Shown piece after piece: positions 24,290 to 35,476 of a stretch of DNA of 64,000 nucleotides (position 1 is the stretch's first letter; the number at the start of each line of letters is the position of its first letter). A model generated the notes under the pieces. That model had not been told where the DNA came from, did no database searches, and saw only the letters and a program-made list of their open reading frames with translations. The stretch is from Cetorhinus maximus (taxonomy: Eukaryota), in contig NC_135891.1 of NCBI RefSeq assembly GCF_964194155.1, forward strand, positions 101,742,001 through 101,806,000. Reading direction: 5' to 3'. The position numbers and the translations under genes were made by a program.

Positions 24290-27100
24290 ATTTTTTTTAT
24301 TCATTCACAGGATGTGGGTGTCACTGGCTGGGCCCAGCATTTATTGCCCATCTCTAATTGCCCTTGAGAAGGTGCTGGTGAGCTGCCTTCTTGAACTGCT
24401 GCAGTACATGTGGTGTAGGTACACCCACAGTGCTGTTAGGAAGAAAGTTCCAGGATTTTAACCCAGCGACATTGAAGGAACGGCGATATATTACCAAGTC
24501 AGGATGGTGAGTGGCTTGGTGGGAAACTTCCAGGTGGTGGTGTTCCCACTTGTCTGCTGCCCTTGTCCTTCTAGATGGTAATGGTCGTGGGTTTGGAAGG
24601 TGCTGTCTAAGGAGCCTTGGTGAGTTCCATCTTGTAGATAGTACACACACTGCTGCTACTGTGCGTCGGTGGTGGAGGGAGTGAATGTTTGTGGATGGGG
24701 TGCCAATGAAGCGGGCTGCTTTGTCCTGGATGGTGTCAAGCGAGTGTTGTTGGAGCTGCACTCCTCCAGGCAAGTGGGGAGTATTCCATCCCACTCCTGA
24801 CTTGTGCCTTGTAGGTGGTGGACAGGCTTTGGGGAGTCAGGAGGTGAGTTACTCACCGCAGGATTCTTGGTCTCTGACCTGCTCTTTTAGCCACACTATT
24901 TATATGGCTAATCCACAACCACAACCATCTTCTTTGTGCTAGGTATGACTCCAGACAGTGGAGAGCTTTCCCCCCAATTCCCATTGATCGCAGTTTTACT
25001 AGGACTCCTTGATGCCACACTCGGTCAAATGCTGCCTTGATGTCAAGGGCAGTCACTCTCACTTCACCTCTGGAGTTCAGCTCTTTTGTCCATGTTTGGA
25101 CTAAGGCTATAATGAGGTCAGGAGCAGAGTGGCCCTGGCGGAACACCAACTGAGCATCAGTGAGCAGGTTATTGCTAAACAAGTGCCACTTGACAGCACT
25201 GTTGATAACTTCCATCACTTTACTGATGATCGAGTGTAGACTGATGGGGGCAGTAATTGGTCGGGTTGTATTTGTCCTGCTTTTTGTGTACAGGACATAC
25301 TTGGGCAATTTTCCACATAGCCGGGTGGATGCCAGTGTTGTAGCTGTACTGGAACAGCTTGGGTAAGGGCACGGCAAGTTCTGGAGCACAAGTCTTCAGT
25401 ACTATTGCCGGAATATTGTCAGGGCCCATAGCCTTTGTAATATCAAGTGCCTTCAGCCGTTTCTTGAAATCAAGTGGAGCGAATTGAATTGGCTGAAGAC
25501 TGGCATCTGTGATGCTGGGGAACTCCAGTGGAGGCCGAGATAGATCTTTCACTCAGCACTTCCGGCTGAAGATTGTTGCAAATGCTTCAGCCTTATCTTT
25601 TGCACTGATGTACTGGGCTCCCCATCATTGAGAATGGGGATACTTGTGGAGCCTCCTCCTCCAGTGAGTTGTTTAATTGTCCACCACCACCACAACTGGA
25701 TGTGGCAGGACTGCAGAGCTTAGATCTGATCCGTTGGTTGTGGAATCATTTAGCCCTGTCTATCACTTGCTGCTTATTCTGTTCGACACACAAGTAGTCC
25801 TGTTTATTTTTAGGTGTGCCTGATGCTGCTCCTGGCATGCCCTCCTGCACTCTTCATTGAACCAGGGTTGATCCACTGGCTTGATGGTAAGGGTAGAATG
25901 GGGGATATGCCAGGCCATGAGGTTACAGATTATGGTTGAGTACAACCCAGAGGGGAAAATAGTTCAGACCAGTACTCTTATTTCCCAGTTTTTACTGTTT
26001 TTTCCTTCTGGGGATTCTGCTGCTAATGGCCCATAGCGCCTCATGGATGCCCAGTCTTGAGTTACTATATCTGTTCGAAATCTATCCCATTTAGCATAGT
26101 GGCAGTGCCACACAACACAACGGAGGGTATCCTCGATGTGAAGATGGGACTTCATCTCCACAAGGAATGTGTAGTGGTCACTCCTATCAATATTGTCATG
26201 GACAGATGCATCTGCAACAGGTAAATTGGTGAGGACGAGGTCAAGAATGTTTTCCCTCATGTTGGTTCCCTCACCACCTGCCACAGGCCCAGCCTACCAG
26301 CTATGCCCTTTAGGACTCGGCCAGCTTGGTCAGTACTGGTGCTACCAAGCTATTCTTGGTGATGGACATTGAAGTCCCCCACCAAGAGTGCATTCTGCGC
26401 CCTTGCCACCCTCAGTGCTTCCTCCAAGTGGTGTTCAACATGGAGAAGTACTGATTCACCAGCTGAGGGTGGGTGGTACATGGTAATCAGCAGGAGGTTT
26501 CCTTGCCCATGTTTGACCTGATGCCATGAGGCTTCATGGGGTCCAGAGTCAATGTTGAGGACTCCCAGGGCTACTCCCTTCTGACTGTATACCACTGTGC
26601 CACCACCTCTGCTGGATCTGTCCTGACAGTGGGACAGGACATACCCAGGGATGGTGATGGTGATGTCTGGGATTATCTATAAGGTATGATTCCGTGAGTA
26701 TGACTATATGACTATGTCAGGCTGTTGCTAGACTAGTCTGTGAGGCAGCTCTCCCAATTTTGGCACTAGGCCCCAGATCTTAGTAAGGAGGACTTTGCAG
26801 GTTCAACAGGGCTGAGTTTGCCATTGTCGTTTATGGTGTCTAGGTCGATGCCAGGTGCTCTATCCGCTTTCATTCTTTTTAGGCTTTCTAGTGGTTTGTT
26901 ACAACTGAGTGGCTTGCTAGGCCATTTCAGAGGGCAGTTAAGAGTCAACCACATTGCTGTGGGTCTGGAGTCACATGTAGGCCGGACTAGGTAAGGTCGG
27001 CAGATTTCTTTCCCTAAAGGACATTAATGAACCAGATGGGTTTTTCCAACAATCGACAATGGATTTTATGGGTCATCATTAGACTTTTAATTCCAGATTT
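24290..27100 (-). mobile_element. CR1/L2-group LINE, internally deleted, with APE endonuclease and RT remnants
   Basis: ORF fragments: LLITMYHPPS...LLVGDFNVHH (APE), NILDLVLTN...SDH, KAMGPDNIPAIVLK..APELA..L.KLFQ, ALDIKAAFDRVWH (RT). 3' tail at 24290. Confidence 0.88.
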
Positions 27101-28380
27101 AAAGGAGGAACAGTTAAAAGCAGCCATACAAAAACAAGTTAAGGCCACTTATGAAGGAGCAAAGGATCACCAAAGCACCCTGAACTTAGCAGTGAGAGGC
27201 CAGGGTTATTTAAGTCCCAGGCCTGAGCTGCAGGTCCCCAGACCCAGTTGGCCAATGGGCAAGGGAGTGTATTTTTGGGTGGTAGGAAGTCACTAGCCAG
27301 TTGCCAAATGAACAGTCGCCTGCACTCAGCTACAGGAAGAGTGGTTTGTAAGACTCTCAGACTCAGGGTGTTGGAGAACCTACTGCAGCAGAAGCCCAAA
27401 CTTTCTTTGTGAGGCCTATCCTGGCCCAACAAAGAAAGACTTATTTTTAAACTTACCTGTTTGACACTCTTTTGGCCCCAGGTCTTCTTCCTCCTGTCTA
27501 CCCTACTCAGGTTACCCATTAAGGTAGTAACTGGGACCTATGAGCTCACCAACCCCAATCTGCATGAAGAAAGAAAGACCATCCTGGTTTCGGGCAGTAA
27601 TCCTTGTTTCCTGCTCAGAAGAGCTTGTGAATATAGCAGACAGTCACATTGAGAAGGGAAGTCTTTAGGTTAAGTCTCCCAGATAATTTTAACTACCTAC
27701 CTATAAGGTATTACATATAGCAGACACACACACATGTATATAACATATGCACTGAGACAGACCCTATTGATTCCGATTTATGACAATCTGAGGAGAAAAT
27801 AAATATAATCTGAAGGGGACATTGCTCATACACAGATAACATAGCCATATACCAATATCTCTCGCTGATTCATCTTATTCAAATGAGGTATAAGTGATAC
27901 TACATATATGAAAACTAATTGCCAGCAGTTTTTAAAGAGATGGAATCTAATTATACAATCTACATCATTTTTTCTAAAACAAACTTATCTGAACATGGAG
28001 TTTCAACAGGAGGCAATTCAAATTGAAATGTGCAACAGCCACACTAGAATTCGCATTAGAGGAGCTTGCAACTGCATTGTAACCAATTCACAATTAGTTA
28101 TCCGTGAAACTCGCATTTAAGTTTTCTACCCAATTTTAATTTACATTTAGTATTTTTTTCTTTTAATGAAATATAATTCTTTTAATGAAATGAATGATAA
28201 TGATCTTGGATGATAAACCAAAGTCACACATCATTTGTGACCTTTCTACTGAGCATTATTTGAAGGGAATATTTGTCCAGTAACTAGTGTCGGTATTGTT
28301 TATAAAGACAAATCTAATCAGCATTGGGTTATACATCTTCTACTAGTCCTTTTTTTTTAAAATAAAGATAGTTACCTTAC

Positions 28381-29002
28381 CTTCAGAAAGATGCAGCACC
28401 ATCAATCTCACCACTTCTGCACCAGCTTTTATACGAAGTGCCAAGCTTTGAAGAAAAAGGAATGCAGCATGTTTCTTTCTTGAACCTGAACAAATTCCAA
28501 ACTTAGCCATATGGCTGCCACTGTACCTAACCACATCTTCAATGAAACTGCGTTCATATCCAGTCATGGCACCAATCACCTCCAGATAATTAACACTTTC
28601 TTCATCTCTCTGTAGCCTACAAGTCGGTTCTTTAAAAGGATGTGGATTCTTCTGATTAGAGATTGTGTACAATTCTTGACTTCTGTTTGCAATTGGAGAT
28701 TCTCCTTGTGCCTCCTTAGGGGAGGGTATGCTCATGGCAACCTTATCACTTTCATCTGATGATTGTAATAGTTTTGTTGCTGTTCCCTGCTCAGAAAATA
28801 ATTTTCCATTGCACACAGATTCACCGTTTGCAGAGCAGTTTTCTTGTGCTTCTGCTGACTGAAGATCAGGAAAATCATTTGGCTGGCTGACAGCTGATTC
28901 CTCCATGTTTTCGTGTTCTTTCCTGGCGTTCTGTTCCACGGGGAGAGCGCAAATTAGTAAAATGAATAGATGAAAAACTGCAAAAATTGAAACAGCTTCC
29001 AT
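28381..29002 (-). CDS. AMH: Anti-Mullerian hormone, coding exon 1 (signal peptide and prodomain)
   Basis: ATG at 29002 gives hydrophobic MEAVSIFAVFHLFILLICALP. EPTC, LEVIGAMTGYERSFIEDV, MAKFGIC and RLMVLHLSE match human EPLC, LRVVGALSAYEQAFLGAV, LATFGVC and RLVVLHLEE. Donor G|GTAAGG, phase 1. Lies downstream of SF3A2 as in mammals. Confidence 0.93.
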
Positions 29003-29009
29003 GATTGAT

Positions 29010-29180
29010 CTGGCTTTGTTGAAGACTGAAGAATGTAATGCAAGAGTTGTCTTTGTCTTGGTGGAGATAAGCCTTGATGATTGTGTTACATTAAAGCTGG
29101 TGAAGGAATGTTTAGTAGATATTTTTAGAACAAAAGCAGACCTTGTATTCTCTTTCACGGATATCACACAATGGAAAACG
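29010..29180 (-). promoter_or_regulatory. Candidate AMH proximal promoter with GATA, SF1/NR5A and SOX motifs
   Basis: AGATAA 29065-29070; TCAAGGCT (minus) 29070-29077; ACAAGGTCT (minus) 29138-29146; SOX-like CTTTGTT 29014, CTTTGT 29051, ATTGT 29080, AACAAAAG 29129, ACAATGG 29168. Confidence 0.5.
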
Positions 29181-29979
29181 TGCCAAAAAGCTCCAGATCA
29201 ACATTCCTTTTTAATCTACAAAATTAGCTGAAGTTGAATTTTAATACATTGAAGGAGTGGGATGAACAAGGAAATCATAACCAGATCATAACATGGTTGG
29301 CTACATCATTATTTAATGTCTAAGGAGCAAACCTGGGACCCAGCAATGCTCATTTCAAGATAGTGCTAGAAATTTGCTTGTATCAGGACTACGTGTACAA
29401 GTTTTAGGCCTCTGTTCTGCACTACAGTCAGGACTAAGTTTACCAGAATTGCATTGTAATACTTTATAAGAATGGATCTTTAATGATGCTATGAGCTACC
29501 AACACCTGAACTAAATATTTTTTAGCAAAAACTAGAAGGCAGAAAAGTAAAAATGCAGAGTGGGAAGGTGGTATTGCATTGTTTGCATATTCAATGGCAA
29601 ACATGATTGTTAGAGCCTTCAGTTCCCATTAGAGTCTTATTCTGTTTGTTGATTACAGCAAAATATGGTCAGCATAATTAAGGACCATCCATTTTATCAT
29701 TCAATTACTATGAATTCCTCCTATGAATTTAAAATAAGTAAGATTATAAATGAAAACAATCATAAATATATATAATATAAAAATAAAAAACACTGGAAAT
29801 GCTTGTCAAGCAGTATCTGTGGAGATAGAAACAGAGTTAATGTTTCAGGTCAATGACCTTTTATTGTATATTTTTGACAATTTTATCTTTCTACCTTTCT
29901 CCCTAATAGTCCAACTGTTATGGCACAGTGGATGGTAAATGCTGAGCTGTTCAAATCCCAGAGGGAAACTTCAAACAAC

Positions 29980-30763
29980 TGCCACAACTATTTTACAATT
30001 TGTATTTATTTTGAGATGCATGCCTTGAATTCAGTAGTAATAAGACCATGGGGTCTTATAGGTTTCTTACAAAACTAACTTAAACCTTTATTAATAAAAA
30101 AAATGATTTTAAGCACATACATAGGTTTACAAATTAATATTATGATAACTCCTAGCTCCCTTAGTTAATCCAACTCCCAGTTACACCTCCATTAAGACAA
30201 CAGTAAAACACATAGATTTTAAAGAAACCCAGGCAAAGTAACACAATACCCTGAACAGTTAAATTCAAAGTGAGTTTTCTTCACTTCAGTTTGTGTAGAC
30301 AGCAACTTGAGGCTTAGAAGCTGGAGGCTTTTCACACTTGTTAGATCTTAGAATGCCTGCCCTTACACACAGCCTTCTCTCCTTTATACATATTTTCCCC
30401 TTTGAATGCATATCCCCATTGTTTCACTATGTCTTTGGACTTTACCTCTCTAATAATAAAAATCTGCATAGGACTAATTTTACCAGTCATCTTAACTTCT
30501 TCTGGCTAGGTGCAACATTTCACCTCCTCTTTTGAATTCAAGCTTATCTGGTTTATTTAAAAATGCAAATGTTCCCTTTATACCTCACATTCTAAAACTC
30601 CAGCTATGTTTACCTATTTAACATTTCAAACCTAGCTTCTCTTCTTGATACATCAAAGCGTTCAAACCAGCTGTCTTTAATTCAATTAAGACACACACGC
30701 ACACTATTCCTACTTTACAATAAATTCCAATAACATTATGAAAATTATTATATTTTCCTGACG
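29980..30763. mobile_element. Putative solo LTR
   Basis: Decayed TG(C)CAC...CTGAC(G) ends with flanks ACAAC / CCAAC. TTTATT (minus-strand AATAAA) inside. Layout resembles the other solo LTRs. Confidence 0.45.
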
Positions 30764-32100
30764 CCAACTCATTGGAAAATGCAGATTTAAATCCAAAATC
30801 ATTATTCCATAGCTTATAGTGAAATACTTGCGCTTTTTTTGTTAAAAAAAAGCATTTCACTCTGTAGAATGCATGAGAGCCAACTTAAACACTGGGTGAA
30901 TGGCACACTACATAAGATTCACAGATTTCACCCCTCCCTGTTGAATGAATACTGGAAATGATATGATTAGACTGGCATGATTTTACACAACTTCTGCTCC
31001 TGCTCAGCAATCCATGATACTTCAAAGGCTGCGATCAATAATCAGATCCTGTTGGACATCCTTCCCTGTTTGCTATTTTGATGTAAGGTCACAACCTGAA
31101 ACGCTAACTCTGTTTCTCTCTCCACAGACGCTGCCAGACCTGCTGTGTATTTCAAGCGTTTTGTGTGTATATCTGTTTGCTGGCTCTGTACCAAGTTGTG
31201 CAAAGACCACCTGAGTTGCATAGAGCAGCACAACTCTCACTGCCAGAAGCAAAAGAAATCTGCATCTTCCTAACTATGATTAAGGTGTTCCCATATCCTC
31301 CATCACAAACACGTGGATTAAACATCTGTAGGAACAAATCCTATGACATATGTCCTTCATCTAGAACTAGGAAATTGGCAAGCAATCTGAACTCCATTTC
31401 TGGAGATCCAAACTAGTTCTCTCTCCATTTCCCACCAATCCCACAACAAACCTATGCACAGTGTAAGATAAACCGTCTTCATTACCTCCAGGATCAATTC
31501 CTTCCTCTTCAACACTTTCTGCTCCGACTTCAGAGTCCCATCTTTCGTAAACTGCAACTCATTCAAAAACTACCATATATGTCTTACGCAGTACGATGTC
31601 CCAGTTCTCTATCACTCCAGCCTTAGCTAATTCCCATTGGCTCCCATCCCTGAAATGCAAACATTTCACCTCTGCAATCCTCTCTAACCCTACATGCCCA
31701 ATGCACACCCTCTGTTCTTTTAACTCTCTTGCCTTCAGCATTGTGAGATTCACCCGGTAGTCAATTAGTCAAATTATCATTGGAGAAAGGAAAGTAAGAG
31801 GTAAAATTTCAGGTCTACTGGTCCTTTGTCAGATCCCGGACTTCTAGATTTTGAGTTCAGTGTGCAGTGGAGAGAGGAAGAGGTTAAATTGGATAGGCCC
31901 TGAAATACAGGCATGCCAATGTTGTGCTGCCAGGTCAATAGGATGATTCCTGTGAACAGAGAAACAGAGTTAGCGTTTCAGGTTGTGACCTTATATCAAA
32001 ATAGCAAATTCTAACTTCTCAGCACTGCTTAAAGGTACCTCTTAAAGTGGAGACCAATTATAGCAGGAGCAGGAGGTGAACCTGACCTGGGAAACATGGA

Positions 32101-32352
32101 ATGACACAACATGGGAAAGAGCAGGCTCCAATCTTTTGGGATGCTGAACTAGAGGTCTTCGTGGAGGAGGAGGGATGATGATGTCCTCTATCCATTGGAT
32201 GGACGGACGGAGGTGGGGGGTGGTTGGGGCAGATGGCCCTCCAAACAGTCAAAAGGCAGTTGGAATAGATAGCCATGGAGGTCAATGCAGGAGTCAAACC
32301 CTGAGGATCTGGACGCAATGCCATAAGAGGTTCAATGATCTCACTTGTGGTC
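32101..32352 (+). pseudogene. Remnant of a Myb/SANT-like (Harbinger ORF1 / MSANTD-type) coding sequence
   Basis: Frameshifted translation EQAPIFWDAELEVFVEE...RQLE.IAMEVNAG...RIWTQCHKRFNDLT, typical of trihelix Myb/SANT domains of PIF/Harbinger elements. Confidence 0.6.
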
Positions 32353-32357
32353 AAGGT

Positions 32358-33092
32358 CTTGTCTGGATGAATGCAGCTCCAACAACACTCAAAAGATTTA
32401 CACCATCCAAGACAAAGCAGCCCAGTTGATTGACACCCCATCCACCATTCTTATGCCTTCACTCATTCCACCAGAGGCATATAGTGGCTGCAGTATCCAC
32501 CATCTACAAGATACACTGCAGCAACTCGCCAAAGCTCCTTCAAAAACACCTTCCAAATCTGCAACTTCTACCACCTCAAAAGACAAGGGCGGAAGACACA
32601 TGGGAACACCACCATCTGCAAATTCCCCTCCAAGCCCTACTCCATCCTGACTGAGAACAATTTTTCTCATTCTTTCACTGGTTCAAAAACCTGAAACTCC
32701 CTTCCCAACAGCAGTGGGTGTACACTTATACCACATTGACTATGGACACCTGGAAGTTCCCCTCCAAGCCACTCACCATCCCGCCTTGGAAATATATCGC
32801 CATTATTTCAATGTTGCAGGGTCAAAAACCTGGAACTCCCTCCCTAACAGCACTGTGGGTGTACCTACACCACATGGCCTGCAGCAGTTGAAGGAGGCAT
32901 CTTACCAGCACCTTCTCAGGGGCAATTGGGGATGGGCAATAAATGCTGGCCTAGCCAGCAATGCCCACATCCCTAAATGAATAAAAAAAGTTCAAGAAGG
33001 TGGCTCAGCACCAGCTTAGAGGGCAATTAGGGATGGGAAACAAATTCTGGCCTTGCTAACAACACTCACACTTCATAAGCAAATAATAAAAA
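32358..33092 (+). mobile_element. 3' fragments of the same LINE family as 24290-27100, with nested or duplicated tails
   Basis: WMNAAPTTLK..DTIQDKAA motif. The tail gggcaatt(a/g)gggatggg...aataaaaaa occurs twice (32920-32990, 33020-33092). Confidence 0.8.
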
Positions 33093-33182
33093 ATCATCCT
33101 GAAATATTATGATATAATTTCATCCAAAGGTAGTGGAGTATTTTTCTGCATTGCCCTGACAAGACTTAGCAACAACAGAAAA

Positions 33183-34046
33183 TGTCATGGACAGAATGCA
33201 TGCATTCCCTTTACGGCCTGTGAACAGTATGGTTGATAGGTAATAGATTTGTCTTTTTTTTTACTCTTCGAGTGTGTCCCCCAATTAATGATTAAGCAGC
33301 AATCTTTCGAGAGTTTAAAAAAGGTTATTTATTCTCACACACTTGCCCCGAATAAAACGTGACGTCTCCCTCACACAGATTAGATACAAATGAAGGTAAT
33401 ATACTGTTACAGGTTATAATTATCTCAGTCTCCAGCCTACACTCCTATGAGGCAGGCTTGTAGTTTCTTGGGATGGTCTTGATGCTTTGAATTTGAAGTG
33501 AGGGATTGGTAAAGCGATTCTCAATAGGCTGTGAAGTTTCTTGTAGTCAAATTTCTAGCAGGTTGGTTCTCAGCTGAATTTTAAATGGAACACATTGGGG
33601 AATCCTTCTCTCGGGTGGAATCTCCCACTTTCAAGGTATTGCAAAAGAGCTAGTTCAATTGCTTTTGGTGGAACCCTGTCTGCCAACAGCTTCTTGCTGA
33701 TTTTAAAAGCAGACAACAAAAAGGCTTCCTCATGTGGCTTGCACAAGTTCAAAGTCCTTTTCCAAATAAGAGGATAATGTTTAACACCTTGAGAGTTTGA
33801 ATGACCCATCTTTATGTTTGAATGACCCATTCAAATTGATAGTACCCTTTTGGATTAGTTTCAGGGAAGGGCATTGATTTAACATCAGTCTGGAATGTTC
33901 CTTTTGTTCTCTCTTGAGACACGGGAGTGATTTCAATCTACAGAAGAAGTCAGCTCATCCTCAGGTGGCCTTTTTTTTTTCCAGCTTTGTGTGCCGTTTT
34001 CAAATCTAAAAATTAGTTTGACGTTCAGAATATACTAGGCATGACA
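33183..34046. mobile_element. Solo LTR (Gypsy-like)
   Basis: Perfect 7-bp terminal inverted repeat TGTCATG...CATGACA. 4-bp flanks AAAA / AAAG. Confidence 0.65.
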
Positions 34047-34739
34047 AAAGGAAGAAACCAACAATGCTGAAAATAGTCAAAAGATCACACTCTCAGGTAT
34101 CTTTCAATACTATCCACCGTAATCCAATTACTAGGTACATAAAACCACCCCAAACCAAAGCTACTACGCTAATGAGAACAAAGAACTCAAGCTCCACAAG
34201 GTGACATGGGAAAAGATCTTTCAGAACCTGCAGTGTTATCAGAGCAGAAACTTATCAAAGTGAATTGCAGGGGCACATAGGTTTAACTGGAAAGATACAG
34301 AACACAATCTTGTTAACAGATTACATTCTTTCTAGAAATAGTTAGAATTTTAATTGTAACTTAAGTATGCAGTTTAACTTTTGGCATATGCAATTACAGA
34401 TGCAAACGTCAAATTCTTAGAACATTTGAAATATAAGAATTAGAAAAAAATCACGATTGCCAACATGTTGGATCCCCTCCCCATAAAAATTAAGCTTTGA
34501 TGCTGTAATATTGTGCTGCTGCTGCAGTCTAGTTAACATCTACCAAATCCGTATGTAAATGAATTGTCTAATTTTATAACAATAATGCTGCTTAAGCTAA
34601 ATTTACCAATTTAAAGAATATTAACTACAAAGATCAATTATTAATGGAAATGTATCCATTTCAAGTGTATATAGACCCTTTGCTGTCCAATTTAACAACA
34701 GTTTAGATCGACTGGACCTGGAGTTAGACCACAATTACT

Positions 34740-35185
34740 AAAAGACAATGTTGCTGCTGCTTGTAGCTATTCCTGCCAGGTATGCCACGCTCAAAACAAA
34801 AAATAAAAATACCTGGAAAAACTCAGCAGGTCTGACAGCATCTGCGGAGAGGAACACAGTTAACGTTTCGAGTCCGTATGACTCTTCAACAGAACAGGTA
34901 TGCCACGCTCGTCTGTCTTGTGCCATTCTCACCCATCCACTGTAGCTTGTCTGCAATTCTGTGACATCCATCATCCAACTACGACCAGGTCAACCCCTTT
35001 ATCTGCTGCCTCCACTTTGCCGTCTGGAAGAGATTCCTGTAGCTTTTCAGCTCTGATCAAATGGCCAAAATACTGACATTTTCTTTCTTGGATGTCACTT
35101 TCTAGAGTTCTTAACATTCTTGCTATTTCCAGAACCTCTTCATTTGTCTCATAGTCTGTGTATGGAATTTTTAGCATACATTTTA
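34740..35185 (-). mobile_element. RTE-clade LINE 3' remnant, interrupted by a PLE-terminus insertion
   Basis: MLKIPYTDYETNEEVLEIA...IQERKCQYFGHLIRAEKLQ..L.DGKVE matches the RTE ORF C-terminus pattern. Confidence 0.7.
34793..34894 (-). mobile_element. Short PLE-terminus insertion with a near-complete minimal hammerhead motif
   Basis: Exact 16-bp TSD CAGGTATGCCACGCTC (34777-34792 / 34895-34910). Minus strand reads GTT-CTGTTGA-A-GAGTC-ATACG-GACTC-GAAACGTT-AAC. Confidence 0.88.
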
Positions 35186-35336
35186 GCGTTCACATTTCAA
35201 AGGCCCCTACCTCTATTTTCTTCCACAGGTCTTTACTTATTGCCCAGGTTTCTGAGGCATACAGGAATGATTGCACTAGCAGAATACAATGTTAAGATAG
35301 AAAAGAGGCCCACACTTGAAAATGTTGGAAAATGTT

Positions 35337-35342
35337 TTTAAT
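35337..35342 (-). terminator. Candidate SF3A2 polyadenylation signal (ATTAAA)
   Basis: Variant hexamer ~135 nt after the stop codon in a U-rich 3' UTR. Confidence 0.4.
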
Positions 35343-35476
35343 GAAAGATGAAGTGCTGCAAGATACTATACATTTGAAAGAAACATGACTCCACCAAAAT
35401 AACAAATTAAAGACTAACCTAAAAAAGTTGTATTATGTCAAAACACATAAATTACTTTAAAAAAAAAACACCACGG

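Noticed and set aside
29003-29167. 55-codon in-frame N-terminal extension of AMH in the ORF track
   Set aside because: Starts at GTG, not ATG; the signal peptide begins at ATG 29002.
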